From contig NW_003314391.1 in NCBI RefSeq assembly GCF_000143415.4, positions 310,001-374,000 on the forward strand: a stretch of 64,000 nt of DNA. The letters are read 5' to 3'. The position numbers and the translations under genes were made by a program. Shown piece by piece: positions 1 to 10,038 of this stretch (positions are counted from its first letter, which is position 1; each line of letters starts with the position of its first letter). A model generated the notes under the pieces. It saw only the letters and a list, made by a program, of their open reading frames with translations. It did not search any database and was not told the DNA's origin. The stretch is from Selaginella moellendorffii (lineage: Eukaryota; Plantae; Lycopodiophyta).

Positions 1-1554
1 CATGGTGATCATAGTTGTCCACGAAACCACGTCCCTGAGAGGCATTTTAGAAAAGAGACTTTCAGCTTGGAACAAATGCCCAAGCTGGGCATATGCAGAA
101 ATGATAGAGTTCCACGATGCTGTATCCCGCATTGGCATTCTATCAAACAGTCCTCTCGCCTCGTCGATGAATCCAGCCTGAGAGAGCGCCGCTATAAGGC
201 AATTCCACGAGATTGGATCGCGCTCCGGCATCTCCAGAAAGAGATCCATCGCCTCGTCCAGAAGCCCATTCCCGGCAAATCCCGCAACCATGGCATTCCA
301 CGACACGAGATTCCTCTGCGGCATCTTCACGAACACCTCCCTCGCATCCTCCACGAAACCTCGCTCGCAAAACCCCACCAAGAGCGCCGTCCACGACACG
401 GAGTCGTGCTCCGGCATCGCCTCTTCGACCGTGCGCCTCGCCACGTCTAAGCTTCCGTGCTGCGAATATCCCACAACCATTGAGTTGTACGACACGAGAT
501 CCCTCTCTTGCATTGCGGAGGAGAAGAGCTTCTCGGCCTCGTCCAAGCTTTGGTTGTGTACGTACGCCGCAAGCATCGAGTTCCACGAGACGATGTCCGG
601 CTCTGGGATGCCGTCGAAGATCCGCTTGGCATCCGCGAGATGCCCTGGCCTGTGGGTGTACGCTGCGATCATCGCGTTCCAGGTGACGTTGTTCGTCCCG
701 GGCATCTTTTCCATGAGCGACAGTGCCTCGTCCACAAGGCCGTGGTGGGCGATTGTGCTGAGCAGCGTGTTAAACGAGATGAGATCCTTCTGGGGCATTT
801 GTTCAAACACAGTTCTCGCCTGGGAGATCTGGTTGCTCTGCGAGAACGCACAAAGTAGAGTGTTCCACGAGACGAGATTGTGCTGTGGCATCCGATTGAA
901 AGCCTCTGCGACGCTGGAGGTTTTTCCGGCTTGGCAGTAGGCACTCAAGAGAGTGTTCCACGACACAATGTCTCGCTCCTTCATCGCTTGAAACAACGTT
1001 TCCACTCCATGCAAATGCCCCAGCCGGGCATTTGTCGCAAGCATGATATTCCAAGTTACTGTGTCCTGCTGTGGCATTTTCTCAAACAAACTCATGGCCT
1101 CTTCCTCATGCCCAGCTTGTGTATAGGCTGATATCATTGAGTTCCATGAGACCACCACTCTTGGTTCCGGCATCAAATCAAAAAGTTGACGCGCTTCTTC
1201 AAGATGCCCTTTTTGGGCATATGCGGTGATCATGGTGTTCCACGAGACTGAGTTTCTTACGGGCATCTTGTCAAACATCTTCTTTGCCTGCTCGAGGCGA
1301 TTGTTAAGGACAAAAACAGATAACATGATGTTCCAGCTGAAAACATTCGGCTGGATTGTGTGCTCGAACACCTTTTGTGCATCCGCCACGCTCCCGCATT
1401 TGCCATACATGTCTATGAGGAGGTTTGAAAGGTAGAGCTTGCCGCTGTGCTCGCCACCAGCGATGGATTCGTGGATTTGCCTTCCCTCGAAGAGATTCCT
1501 CTTTTTCCCGCATTGCCGTAGCAAATCGGCATACTCGGACACTGAACAAGACAT
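1..1554 (-). CDS. PLS-class pentatricopeptide repeat (PPR) protein, 3' end beyond window
   Basis: ATG at 1554 (MSCSVSEYADLLRQCG...LYLSNLLIDMYGKCGSVADAQKVFE), followed by repeated ~31-aa 'vvSWt.mi.aYa..G....A..lFd.Mp' motifs. The segments I translated at both ends are in the same frame. Confidence 0.9.
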   Translation of the reverse strand, partial: MSCSVSEYADLLRQCGKKRNLFEGRQIHESIAGGEHSGKLYLSNLLIDMYGKCGSVADAQKVFEHTIQPNVFSWNIMLSVFVLNNRLEQAKKMFDKMPVRNSVSWNTMITAYAQKGHLEEARQLFDLMPEPRVVVSWNSMISAYTQAGHEEEAMSLFEKMPQQDTVTWNIMLATNARLGHLHGVETLFQAMKERDIVSWNTLLSAYCQAGKTSSVAEAFNRMPQHNLVSWNTLLCAFSQSNQISQARTVFEQMPQKDLISFNTLLSTIAHHGLVDEALSLMEKMPGTNNVTWNAMIAAYTHRPGHLADAKRIFDGIPEPDIVSWNSMLAAYVHNQSLDEAEKLFSSAMQERDLVSYNSMVVGYSQHGSLDVARRTVEEAMPEHDSVSWTALLVGFCERGFVEDAREVFVKMPQRNLVSWNAMVAGFAGNGLLDEAMDLFLEMPERDPISWNCLIAALSQAGFIDEARGLFDRMPMRDTASWNSIISAYAQLGHLFQAESLFSKMPLRDVVSWTTMITM

Positions 1555-1676
1555 CGGAAAAGTGTGATCTTGTCGACGCCAGGAATTCGTGAGATTCTTC
1601 TTATTACGTTACTGCTACTCCCTCTCTCTCGATCCGGCTATAAGACCTCCGGGAAATGCCACATCCTTGGTGGCAA

Positions 1677-2840
1677 ATGGCTCGTCAGGAAATGTCTCTC
1701 GTATCCTTCCTCCGCAGCAATGGAATCACTCACGTCCTCCGGAACGACGAATCACAGGTAAAAGCCTCCTATACTTTAGAAAGGGGACAAACGTATGATA
1801 CTGTATCTTCTTCTTTGTGATCTTCACTTGGAAAGGTGGAGACTAAGGTGCTCGAAGGAAAGATCGTTGGCTTGCTCTTCTCGGTGGAATCAAACAAGTC
1901 ATGCAGCACCTTCGTCAACAAGCTGCTGGGTATCTACGATGAAATCCAAAAGATTTCCACCGCTGGCGCTGGTGGTGTTGGATTCGAAGTGGTGTTTGTT
2001 TCGGGTGACACGGATGAGGCGAGCTTCAAGCAATCCATGAAGAAAATGCCTTGGCTGGCACTACCGTTCGACGTCAAAGGAGCAACGACTGCGAAGCTAG
2101 CTCGACGTTTCAAAGTGGAAGTGATGCCAAGCTTGGTCCTTGTTGATTCCAATGGAACAACATTGCTATCGAGATATGGTTACAGCTTGGTCACCAGGTT
2201 TGGATCGAAGGCTTTTCCTTTCGCGCAAGAACACATCCAAGACCTGGAAAAAGTGGAGGATCAAAACGCCAGCAAGCTTCCCGTGGAACTCAAAGATGGA
2301 ACGCACGAGCATGTCTTGCTGCTAGTGAAAGACCCCTATGACAACGCAATGTTTACTTGTGACAAATGCCAGGAGGATGGGTGTGGATGGTGTTACCATT
2401 GCAAGGAATGCTCCTACGATCTACACTTGGACTGCATCAAACCAGTCCCCAAAACACCTGTGAAGGAGATCAAGGATGCGAAGGACCAGATCAAGGATAA
2501 AAAGGATCAGATCAAGGATGCGAAGGACCAGATCAAGGATAAAAAGGATCAGATCAAGGATGCGAAGGGCCAGATCAAGGATAAAAAGGATCAGATCAAG
2601 GATGCGAAGGACCAGATCAAGGATAAAAAGGATCAGATCAAGGATGCAATGGATCAGATCAAGGATTCTCCATCCACGCAGATTGAAGGCAAAGCTGGTG
2701 CCATGATGGACACTTTCAAGCAAAGAAAAGGATCTACAAGCGTTGCCCTCATTAGTTTCGTTCTGATTCTTCTCGCATTGTTATGGGTTCTTGGTTTTCT
2801 TGGACGAAAGTTCTTCCTCGAGAAGAAGAATGCTGCATAA
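1677..2840 (+). CDS. Nucleoredoxin-like protein (thioredoxin-like + C1/DC1 domain + heptad repeats + C-terminal TM); exons 1677-1757, 1836-2840
   Basis: Exon 1 MARQEMSLVSFLRSNGITHVLRNDESQ, GT-AG intron, FEVVFVSGDTDE, MPWLALPF, C1 motif HEHVL...CDKC...YHCKECSYDLHLDC, hydrophobic C-terminal helix. Confidence 0.85.
2467..2666 (+). repeat. 21/42-nt coding tandem repeat (KDQIKDA/KDQIKDK)
   Basis: Repeated GATCAAGGATGCGAAGGACCA / GATCAAGGATAAAAAGGATCA units. Confidence 0.9.
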
Positions 2841-3037
2841 AATTCACTATAAAATTCATAACAGATAATTATTCCAATTTCAGTTTAAGATGATTTGCAA
2901 ATGTTTATTGTAAGTGGTAAAAAATTGAGATTTTGCTCGCTTTATATTCACATAAAAGCATGGAAAATGCTATGCTATGCTTGTGATATACTCCGTGGTG
3001 GTATATAAGATCCCATAATAGTTTTCATACTTCAAAC

Positions 3038-3857
3038 ATGGAATCAGTTTTGTCATTCATTGCAACTGAAGAGCGTGACTATGTCATTAGAAATGACGGA
3101 TCCAAGGTGAAAGAAATGGATATAATCATCTAAGTAACTATATTTCCAGGTGAGCATTCAAAGCCTCCAAGGATTCAAGTGCTATGGCTTGGCCTTCGTC
3201 GCACACTGGTATCCAACGGCTCGAGCGTTTGTGGACAAGCATCTGATCCCTCTCTACGAGCAAATCCGCGCCAGGCATGGCAAGAGATCGATCGAGATCA
3301 TCTTTGTCTCGGACGACTTGAACTACATCGAGTTCATGGAGTTCTTCCAGACTATGCCTTGGCTCGCACTGCCATTCCAAGACAGGAGGACGGAATTGAT
3401 TCTTAGCACCAAGCTAAACGTCCAAAGCATACCTGCGTTTGCAATCTTTGATGGCGATGGCAAGCTCTTGTTTAGAGAAGGCCGAAGCGTGATACTGCGC
3501 CATGGATTGCGAGCTTATCCCTTCACTCCACACCACGTCTCCAAGCTTGACGTGATCCAGCGAAAGCGAGCCTCCAAACTTCCAGCGGACGTGAAGCATC
3601 CACAGCACGAGCATACGCTCGATCTCGTCCGCGACTGGTATGACAACTTTGGGATGTTCGTTTGTGACGCTTGCTTGGACGAAGGAAACGGCTGGTTCTA
3701 CCACTGCGAGAGGTGCTCCTGGGATTTGCATCCTGCCTGTGCAAATCCAAAGTTCGATCTACAGAAGAGCGCCAGTACTTATTTTCGATGCTACATACCA
3801 GGAGCAAACATCTTCAAGAAAATGCTAAAGTTACAGCCAAAGGAGACGTCGACATAG
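3038..3857 (+). CDS. Nucleoredoxin-like protein (thioredoxin-like + C1 domain); exons 3038-3106, 3150-3857
   Basis: Exon 1 MESVLSFIATEERDYVIRNDGSK, 43-nt GT-AG intron, IEIIFVSDD, MPWLALPF, CDAC...YHCERCSWDLHPAC. Confidence 0.85.
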
Positions 3858-3869
3858 TTCTCGTTTCTC

Positions 3870-4510
3870 TAAAGGGAATTGGGAATTTTCTGTAAACAGC
3901 AATCTCCTTCTGCTCGTGTGACACCAGCTATGATAGTCTTTTGTATCTTTATGACCAAAAGAGCAGTACTTCTTGAGCTAAAGCAATGCATGGATTTGCA
4001 TTTAGTAACTATAGCAAGTGATGCCAAATTTTTAGAGATCTTTTAGAAAGAACATCACGAGACTGGAGTTCTATTACTAACTCCAATGTACCTCACTCTT
4101 TTGAGTCGCAAATCGAAAAGAATTTGTACTTCTAAGCCGTCTACAGCGTCAGACAGTGCAAGACGCTGTAGACAGGCAAGGAACTGCTTTCACACTAGAA
4201 ACTCTCATTCAAAGAACGAAAACAAAATTTAATTACAGATCGAGCAGAGACTCGAGTAAGAACAACGATATCATAAAGCATTAAATTACATCGAAACAAA
4301 GAGCACAGCAAGCTCACCTTGGTATGACAATTGAGCAATGACAGAGTTGTTTCTCGTAACATTATTCATGGACTTCACTGTTTCCATGAGTTTGAGACAC
4401 TGAGAAAAAAAGAAACGATAGAAAACGGTCAAGTGCTTCACTAAAACTGTTTTGCTCACTGCCAAGAGTGCGCAAGACTAGAGACCAGAATTGCAAACCT
4501 AGGGCGAGAT
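3870..4510 (-). pseudogene. Decayed duplicate of the aldo-keto reductase gene
   Basis: Patchy similarity to 6030-7650 (GAGTCGCAAATCGAA, GCGTCTACAGCGTCAGACA, AGCTCACCTTGGT, TTTCCATGAGTTTGAG) with large deletions. Confidence 0.7.
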
Positions 4511-5537
4511 TTAGTGACAATGCTGTTATCTTACCGTGTTTTTAGTTATCAGTCTCTTCTTTTCGGATGATGTTTCAATAAAATAAAAACTAAAGAAGTT
4601 GTTTATATTATATTTGTTATATCATGTTGCAGAAATTAAACTTAACTTCTAAAAACAACGTTACTATCACTAAAACCTTAGGACTTGGGTGCTTAAGTAA
4701 ACCAAAAAAATTAGATGGATCAAATTCAATTTCAATATGTTAATTAATGTATTTATACAACCATGTGGTTCTTCTTAATAGTAGTGTTTATTATTTAATA
4801 ACAAATTTAATTTACTAGAAATGATAAAAATTATTTATAAATTATAAACACAAGATTAATCTTGGGTAGAAATAAATTATAAAATTTAATCTAAATGAAG
4901 AACAACTTTTAAATTGTAAAATATCCCAGAATATTTAAACATATTCTCTTAGCCACATCAAATAAGAGTATAAAACTAAGTTCACTAACTTTGTCTCAGG
5001 CGACTTAAAACTATAAAGTGCGGAGACTGCCCTCTGCTCAATGGAATCAATACCTAAACTTGGAAACATGGAAGAGAATTTTGCTAGCTCAAGCAAAGCA
5101 AGCCACTTTGGTCGCTATCCCTGGTAACAATGAAATGAAATGCTAGATATCATGGATTCACTTTAGCTCATCGAATCCTGCCAAGAGTAATAGATCCGGC
5201 ACGTGAGAGCCACAGCCATGCCAACAGAACCATCCATTCGAGCAACTAGAACAATGCCTCGTTGCTGGCCCAAACTCTAAAAATGAAGGGAGAAGGTCAC
5301 TATACTGATCTAGTTGCTCTGCATTCCATCCCAAACAGTGAGGTATTTGATACAGCTGCATTGCATGCTCCCCATTAGAAATCATCAAGAATGCTACTTA
5401 AAAAAAAGAATACAAAGAGCCTGCTTATAGCCCTTTGAAATGGAGATGAATCTTGAAGCTTCTGTTAAACACAGATTCACTGGAGGGAAACAAATTTTGA
5501 AATGACAAAATCTTTCCGACTTTCACGTTTTGTACAT

Positions 5538-6030
5538 GGGACGACTTAGACTATGTCGAGTTCATGGAGTTCTTCGGTGCCTTCACTCGCACTGCCATTC
5601 CAACACAGGACGACGGAATCAGTTCTAAGCACCAAATTTTCCAAGCATTTGCAATGCGATCAGCTCTGGCCGGAGTGTGATACTGCGCCATGGATTCGCC
5701 ATGGAGCTTATCCTTGCAGCCCCCGAGCAAGATCGCCATAGCCTGAGAGCTCGTGTCGATCAACACCAATCTTGACGTGATCCAGCGAAACTAAGCCTCC
5801 AAACTTCCAGCGGACGTGAGCACACGCTGGATTTCGTCCGGCATCTGGTATGAAAGCTTTGGGAGGATGCAAGCACCTCTGGCAGTGGGAGAACCAGCCA
5901 TAGCGTCCAAGCAAGCGTCACAACGAAAATCCTGCCCTGTGCAAATCCAAAGTTTGATCTACACGAGAGCAAATCGAAAATGCTAAAACTTACAGCCAAA
6001 GGAGACGTCGACGTAGTTCTCGTTTCTCTA
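5538..6030 (+). pseudogene. Frameshifted copy of the 3' part of the nucleoredoxin-like gene at 3150-3857
   Basis: Collinear with ~3310-3870 (GGACGACTT...GAGTTCATGGAGTTCTTC, CTTGACGTGATCCAGCGAAA, GCAAATCCAAAGTT, GGAGACGTCGAC) with many indels. Confidence 0.85.
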
Positions 6031-7685
6031 CGGAGCTGGATTCGGGAATTTTCTGTGAACAGAATCTATCTCCTCCACCATTTCATCTGTTAGTGTGATA
6101 GCAGCTGCTTTTACTATGTCCATTAGCTGATAGTCCTTCGTAGCTCCAATCACAGCACTTGCAACCAGTGGATGCCTTAGTACAAAACCTGACCAAAGGA
6201 GAAGTTTTTCTTGAGCTCAAGCAATGCATGGATTTGCGTTGTAGGTACCTATAGCAAGCTCCACGGGGGTGATGCCATAGTTCTTAGAAATCTCTACGTA
6301 TGCCTGAAACGAGATAGTTTGGATCTTATAATAAGAAAATCCGAAATGTACGTACCTTGACAGCCGGTAACAGATTGGGTTTTCCAAGATCATACCGGCA
6401 TTCTGCCTCGGTGTAGCGTCCTGTATTATGGGTGTTTTTCTACGTTAGAGAGAGAAGATTGCGTAGTGACCTTTATAAAGATTTAAACGAGCATCAGCCG
6501 GACCTCCACCATCGTCAAGATATTTCGCAGTTAGCAAACCCATTGCCAAAGGACTGTAAGCCAGGAGGTTTATGCTGAAAGAACAAAGAAGAACACCGTT
6601 TACAGTCTACAAAGGTGATAAGCTCTTACCTTTCGTGATGGCAGCATTCGGCGAGACCATAATCAAAGGTTCGACACAGGAGGCTATATGCATTCTGTTC
6701 CAGATAGTTAGAATCCTCCACTTGGGCATATATAAACTTCTTCTTCTCCACTTACTTGGATCGAGAAAACTCGAGGCAGCCTGTTCTCGCGAGAAGCCCG
6801 GCAGAATTCCATGAGACCGTAAGGAGTTTCATTGCTAACTCCAATGTATCTTATCTGTTCAACTAGTCTGTTGAGTCGCAAATCGAAAGGGATTTGTACC
6901 TTGCCAGCGTCTACAGCGTCAGACAAAGCTTGCAGCTGCTCGTCCACAGGAACTGCTTTGATACGGCGTGAAGGATCGTAATCAACTTCTCCAAACATCG
7001 GTGTATAGCTATAGAAAACTCCCATTCTCAAGCAAAGCACACAAGCATAAAATGTTTTACTCACCGATCAGGCCAATGTATCTGATAGAGATCAATATGA
7101 TCCAAGCAAAGTCGCTGCAAGCTGCACGAAGGAACAAAAACCATGCCAGTAAGAACAATGGTACGAGAAGTAAAACCTTGTGTCAATAGCCGCCTTGATA
7201 TTATTCTTGTCCAAAGAGTGTGGTCCTCCACGAATCCAAGTCATTTGTCCCGAAGGCCCAGCTACCTTAAAAAAAAATATATAGAACCATGAAATGAAAG
7301 AATTTTGCTAGATCGAGCTCACCTTGGTCGCTATCACAATCTTGTCCCTGGCAATGTTACTCTCTCTGATCCATCGACCGAGGTAGACCTCACTCTTTCC
7401 ATGAGTTTGAGCTCTTTGAGGCACCGGGTACCTGCGAGCAAGGAGCAAAGGAGACGATCGAAAGCGAAGAAATGCTGGTTTTTACATCTCTGCCGTGTCG
7501 AAGAAGTTGATTCCAGCTTGCGTAGCGATGCTCAAGAGCTTGGCGGATTCACTATAGCTGTTCTGCTCACCAAATGTCATGGTTCCTGCCAGGAGCGCGC
7601 GAGATACGTGAGAATCAATCCAACGGGCTCACCAACCTAGGCAGAGCTTCGACACGGAGAGATCCGGCGCGAGAACCACAGCCAT
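6028..7685 (-). CDS. Aldo-keto reductase (Tas-like), multi-exon; start codon uncertain
   Basis: MAVVLAPDLSVSKLCLG, MFGEVDYDPSRR, IRYIGVSNETPYGLMEFC, last exon LRHPLVASAVIGATKDYQL...IDSVHRKFPNPAP* with stop at 6028-6030. Confidence 0.85.
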
Positions 7686-7788
7686 GCTAACACGAAAACC
7701 CTAATGGGATAGAGATAGGCAAAATGCCCAGGCTGGGCATCTAGACATTCTTGTTTGGCACCAGTATGATCACCGAAGAGCTGGCTAA

Positions 7789-10026
7789 ATGCCCGACGCA
7801 GTGGCTGATCTTGCCACTCGCCTCCGATGTTGCTCCTGCATTGTGGCCGGAGAGCAAATCCACAGGGAGATCAAAGCATCCGCTCTCGAGCACAACAGGT
7901 ACCTTGCAAACTTGCTCGTCCAAATGTATGGCAAGCTTGATAGATTGGGCGAAGCACGCGCTGTCTTTGATAGCATCCACGCTCCCGATGCCTTCTCTTG
8001 GAGTATTATGATCGCGTGCTACACGAAAAGCGGCCAGATCGAAGCTGCGAGGCGCCTTTTTGATGCTGCTGGGGCTGATCCGGGGGTCGTGTCATGGAAC
8101 ACCATGATCACGGCATATGCCCGAATTGGGGATCTCAGCGAGGCCAAGAAGCTTTTCCAGCAAATGCCGAATCCCAATGCTGTTACGTGGACGGCGATCC
8201 TCACAGCCGTTGCGGAGAACAGCTCGCTCCAGGAAACGCGAGAACTGTTTGATGCAATGCCAGAGAGAAATCTTTCATCGTGGAACGTAATGCTTAATGC
8301 ATATGCCCGAACTGGGCACTTGGGCGAATCCGAAAACTTGTTCTGCTCTTGCCCTGAGAGAAACATTCGGACTTGGAACGCTTTACTGCATGCATGGGTC
8401 CAAAACGGAAATGTTCTTGATGCCCAAGACGTGTTCTCACGGATGCCCGAGAGAGATGCTGTGTCGTGGACGGATATGCTCACGGCGTATGCCACCTTTG
8501 GGCATACTGAAGATGCCAAGAATCTGTTTAGACAGATGCCAGAGAAAAACACTGTCGCGTGGAACATTATGATAAACGCATTATCTCAAGTTGGTAGTTC
8601 GAACGAGGCTAAGGAATATTTCGACAAGGCTCCGAATCCAAATGTAGTGACCTGGAACTCTATGATCCTTGCGTATATCCGTTCTGGATATACAGCGGAG
8701 GCGAGGCGGCTCTTTGATTCGATGCCAATGCGAGATTTGATAACTTGGAACTCAATGATCCAAGCATATGCCGATGCCTTAGATTCCCACAATGCCGATG
8801 CTCTCTTTGATCGATCCCCACAACACAATGTGGTGTCGCGGACCACAATGTTGGTCATGTATGCCGAGGTGGGGCATCTGGACGATGCCAAACGAATCTT
8901 TGACACGATGCCAAGCAAGAACATTGTGTCATGGACAGCGCTGCTGCAGGCATATGCCGAGGCTGGGAATCTCGAAGATGCCGAGGGGATATTTCACCGG
9001 ATGCCCGAGTGGAATAGCGTGACGTGGAATGCGATGGTTGGTGGATATGGCGCTGCTGGAAATGTAGAGAAAGCGGAATCCATGTTCAGCGGGATGCCGG
9101 AGAGTGACGTGTCGTCGTGGAACGTTATGCTGGAGGTATATACCGCCAATGGGCATCTTGGGGACGCAAAGGCACTGTTTGATAGAATGCCGTGTTGGAC
9201 TCAAACATCTTGGAATATTCTTCTAGCGGCGTACGCGGAGGGTTCTTTGGTAGAGGAGATGCTTTGGTTTCTCGACTCCATGCCTGGAAGAAACGTTGCC
9301 AGCTGGACGATTGCGATGGCGACACTTGGCGCGAATGGGCATCTTGATGAGGCGGAGAGAATCTTCGGTTTGATGCCAGAGCACGACCTCGTGTGCTGTA
9401 CGGTGATGCTCACGGTATTGGTACACCACAGGAAGTGTTACAAAGCAAAGCTCTTTTTTGAAAAGATTCCAGAGCGCAGCCAGGTATCTTGGAACACGAT
9501 GCTGGAAGCATATGCCCTGTCGCGGGATATCCATGGCGCGAGAATCTTTTTCGAGCGCATGGAGGCGCGGGAGCCGGTGGCGTGGGGCAGTGTGATTGGA
9601 TCTTACGCAAACGCTGGCCTCATGGAATCCGCCATGGCACTCTTCCGTACCATGGCCATGGAGGCTCTAGCTCCCGACGAGATTATCTTCCTCAGCGTTC
9701 TCTCGGCTTGCAATCATGCCGGATCGCTGGAACAGGGCTTGCGCTGCTTCATGTCGATGATTGCAGACTATGGATCGGCGCCGCGGAGAGAGCACTACAC
9801 TTGCTTGATCGATCTTCTCGGCCGGGCGGGGGAATTACTCGATGCGGAGGAGATCATTAGCAAGATGCCATTCAAGCCGGATGCCACGTCCTGGGGGTCG
9901 CTGCTGAGCTCCTGCGCAGGGGTGAGAGAGATCGATCGAGGGACGAGGAGAGCCAGGGCGGCATTCCAATCCAGTGATAGCTCCAGCCCCTATATTTCCC
10001 TCGCTAATATGCGCTCCAGAAATTAG
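7789..10026 (+). CDS. PLS/E-type PPR protein (single exon, no DYW domain)
   Basis: 745-aa ORF of tandem 31-aa PPR motifs ending with EHYTCLIDLLGRAGEL...MPFKPD..SWGSLLSSC. Confidence 0.92.
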   Translation: MPDAVADLATRLRCCSCIVAGEQIHREIKASALEHNRYLANLLVQMYGKLDRLGEARAVFDSIHAPDAFSWSIMIACYTKSGQIEAARRLFDAAGADPGVVSWNTMITAYARIGDLSEAKKLFQQMPNPNAVTWTAILTAVAENSSLQETRELFDAMPERNLSSWNVMLNAYARTGHLGESENLFCSCPERNIRTWNALLHAWVQNGNVLDAQDVFSRMPERDAVSWTDMLTAYATFGHTEDAKNLFRQMPEKNTVAWNIMINALSQVGSSNEAKEYFDKAPNPNVVTWNSMILAYIRSGYTAEARRLFDSMPMRDLITWNSMIQAYADALDSHNADALFDRSPQHNVVSRTTMLVMYAEVGHLDDAKRIFDTMPSKNIVSWTALLQAYAEAGNLEDAEGIFHRMPEWNSVTWNAMVGGYGAAGNVEKAESMFSGMPESDVSSWNVMLEVYTANGHLGDAKALFDRMPCWTQTSWNILLAAYAEGSLVEEMLWFLDSMPGRNVASWTIAMATLGANGHLDEAERIFGLMPEHDLVCCTVMLTVLVHHRKCYKAKLFFEKIPERSQVSWNTMLEAYALSRDIHGARIFFERMEAREPVAWGSVIGSYANAGLMESAMALFRTMAMEALAPDEIIFLSVLSACNHAGSLEQGLRCFMSMIADYGSAPRREHYTCLIDLLGRAGELLDAEEIISKMPFKPDATSWGSLLSSCAGVREIDRGTRRARAAFQSSDSSSPYISLANMRSRN

Positions 10027-10038
10027 GGTTTTTCGGGG

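Noticed and set aside
67-1435. Plus-strand ORFs over the PPR gene (likewise ORFs antisense to the other PPR, UGT and LINE genes)
   Set aside because: Shadow ORFs of real coding sequence on the other strand or frame.
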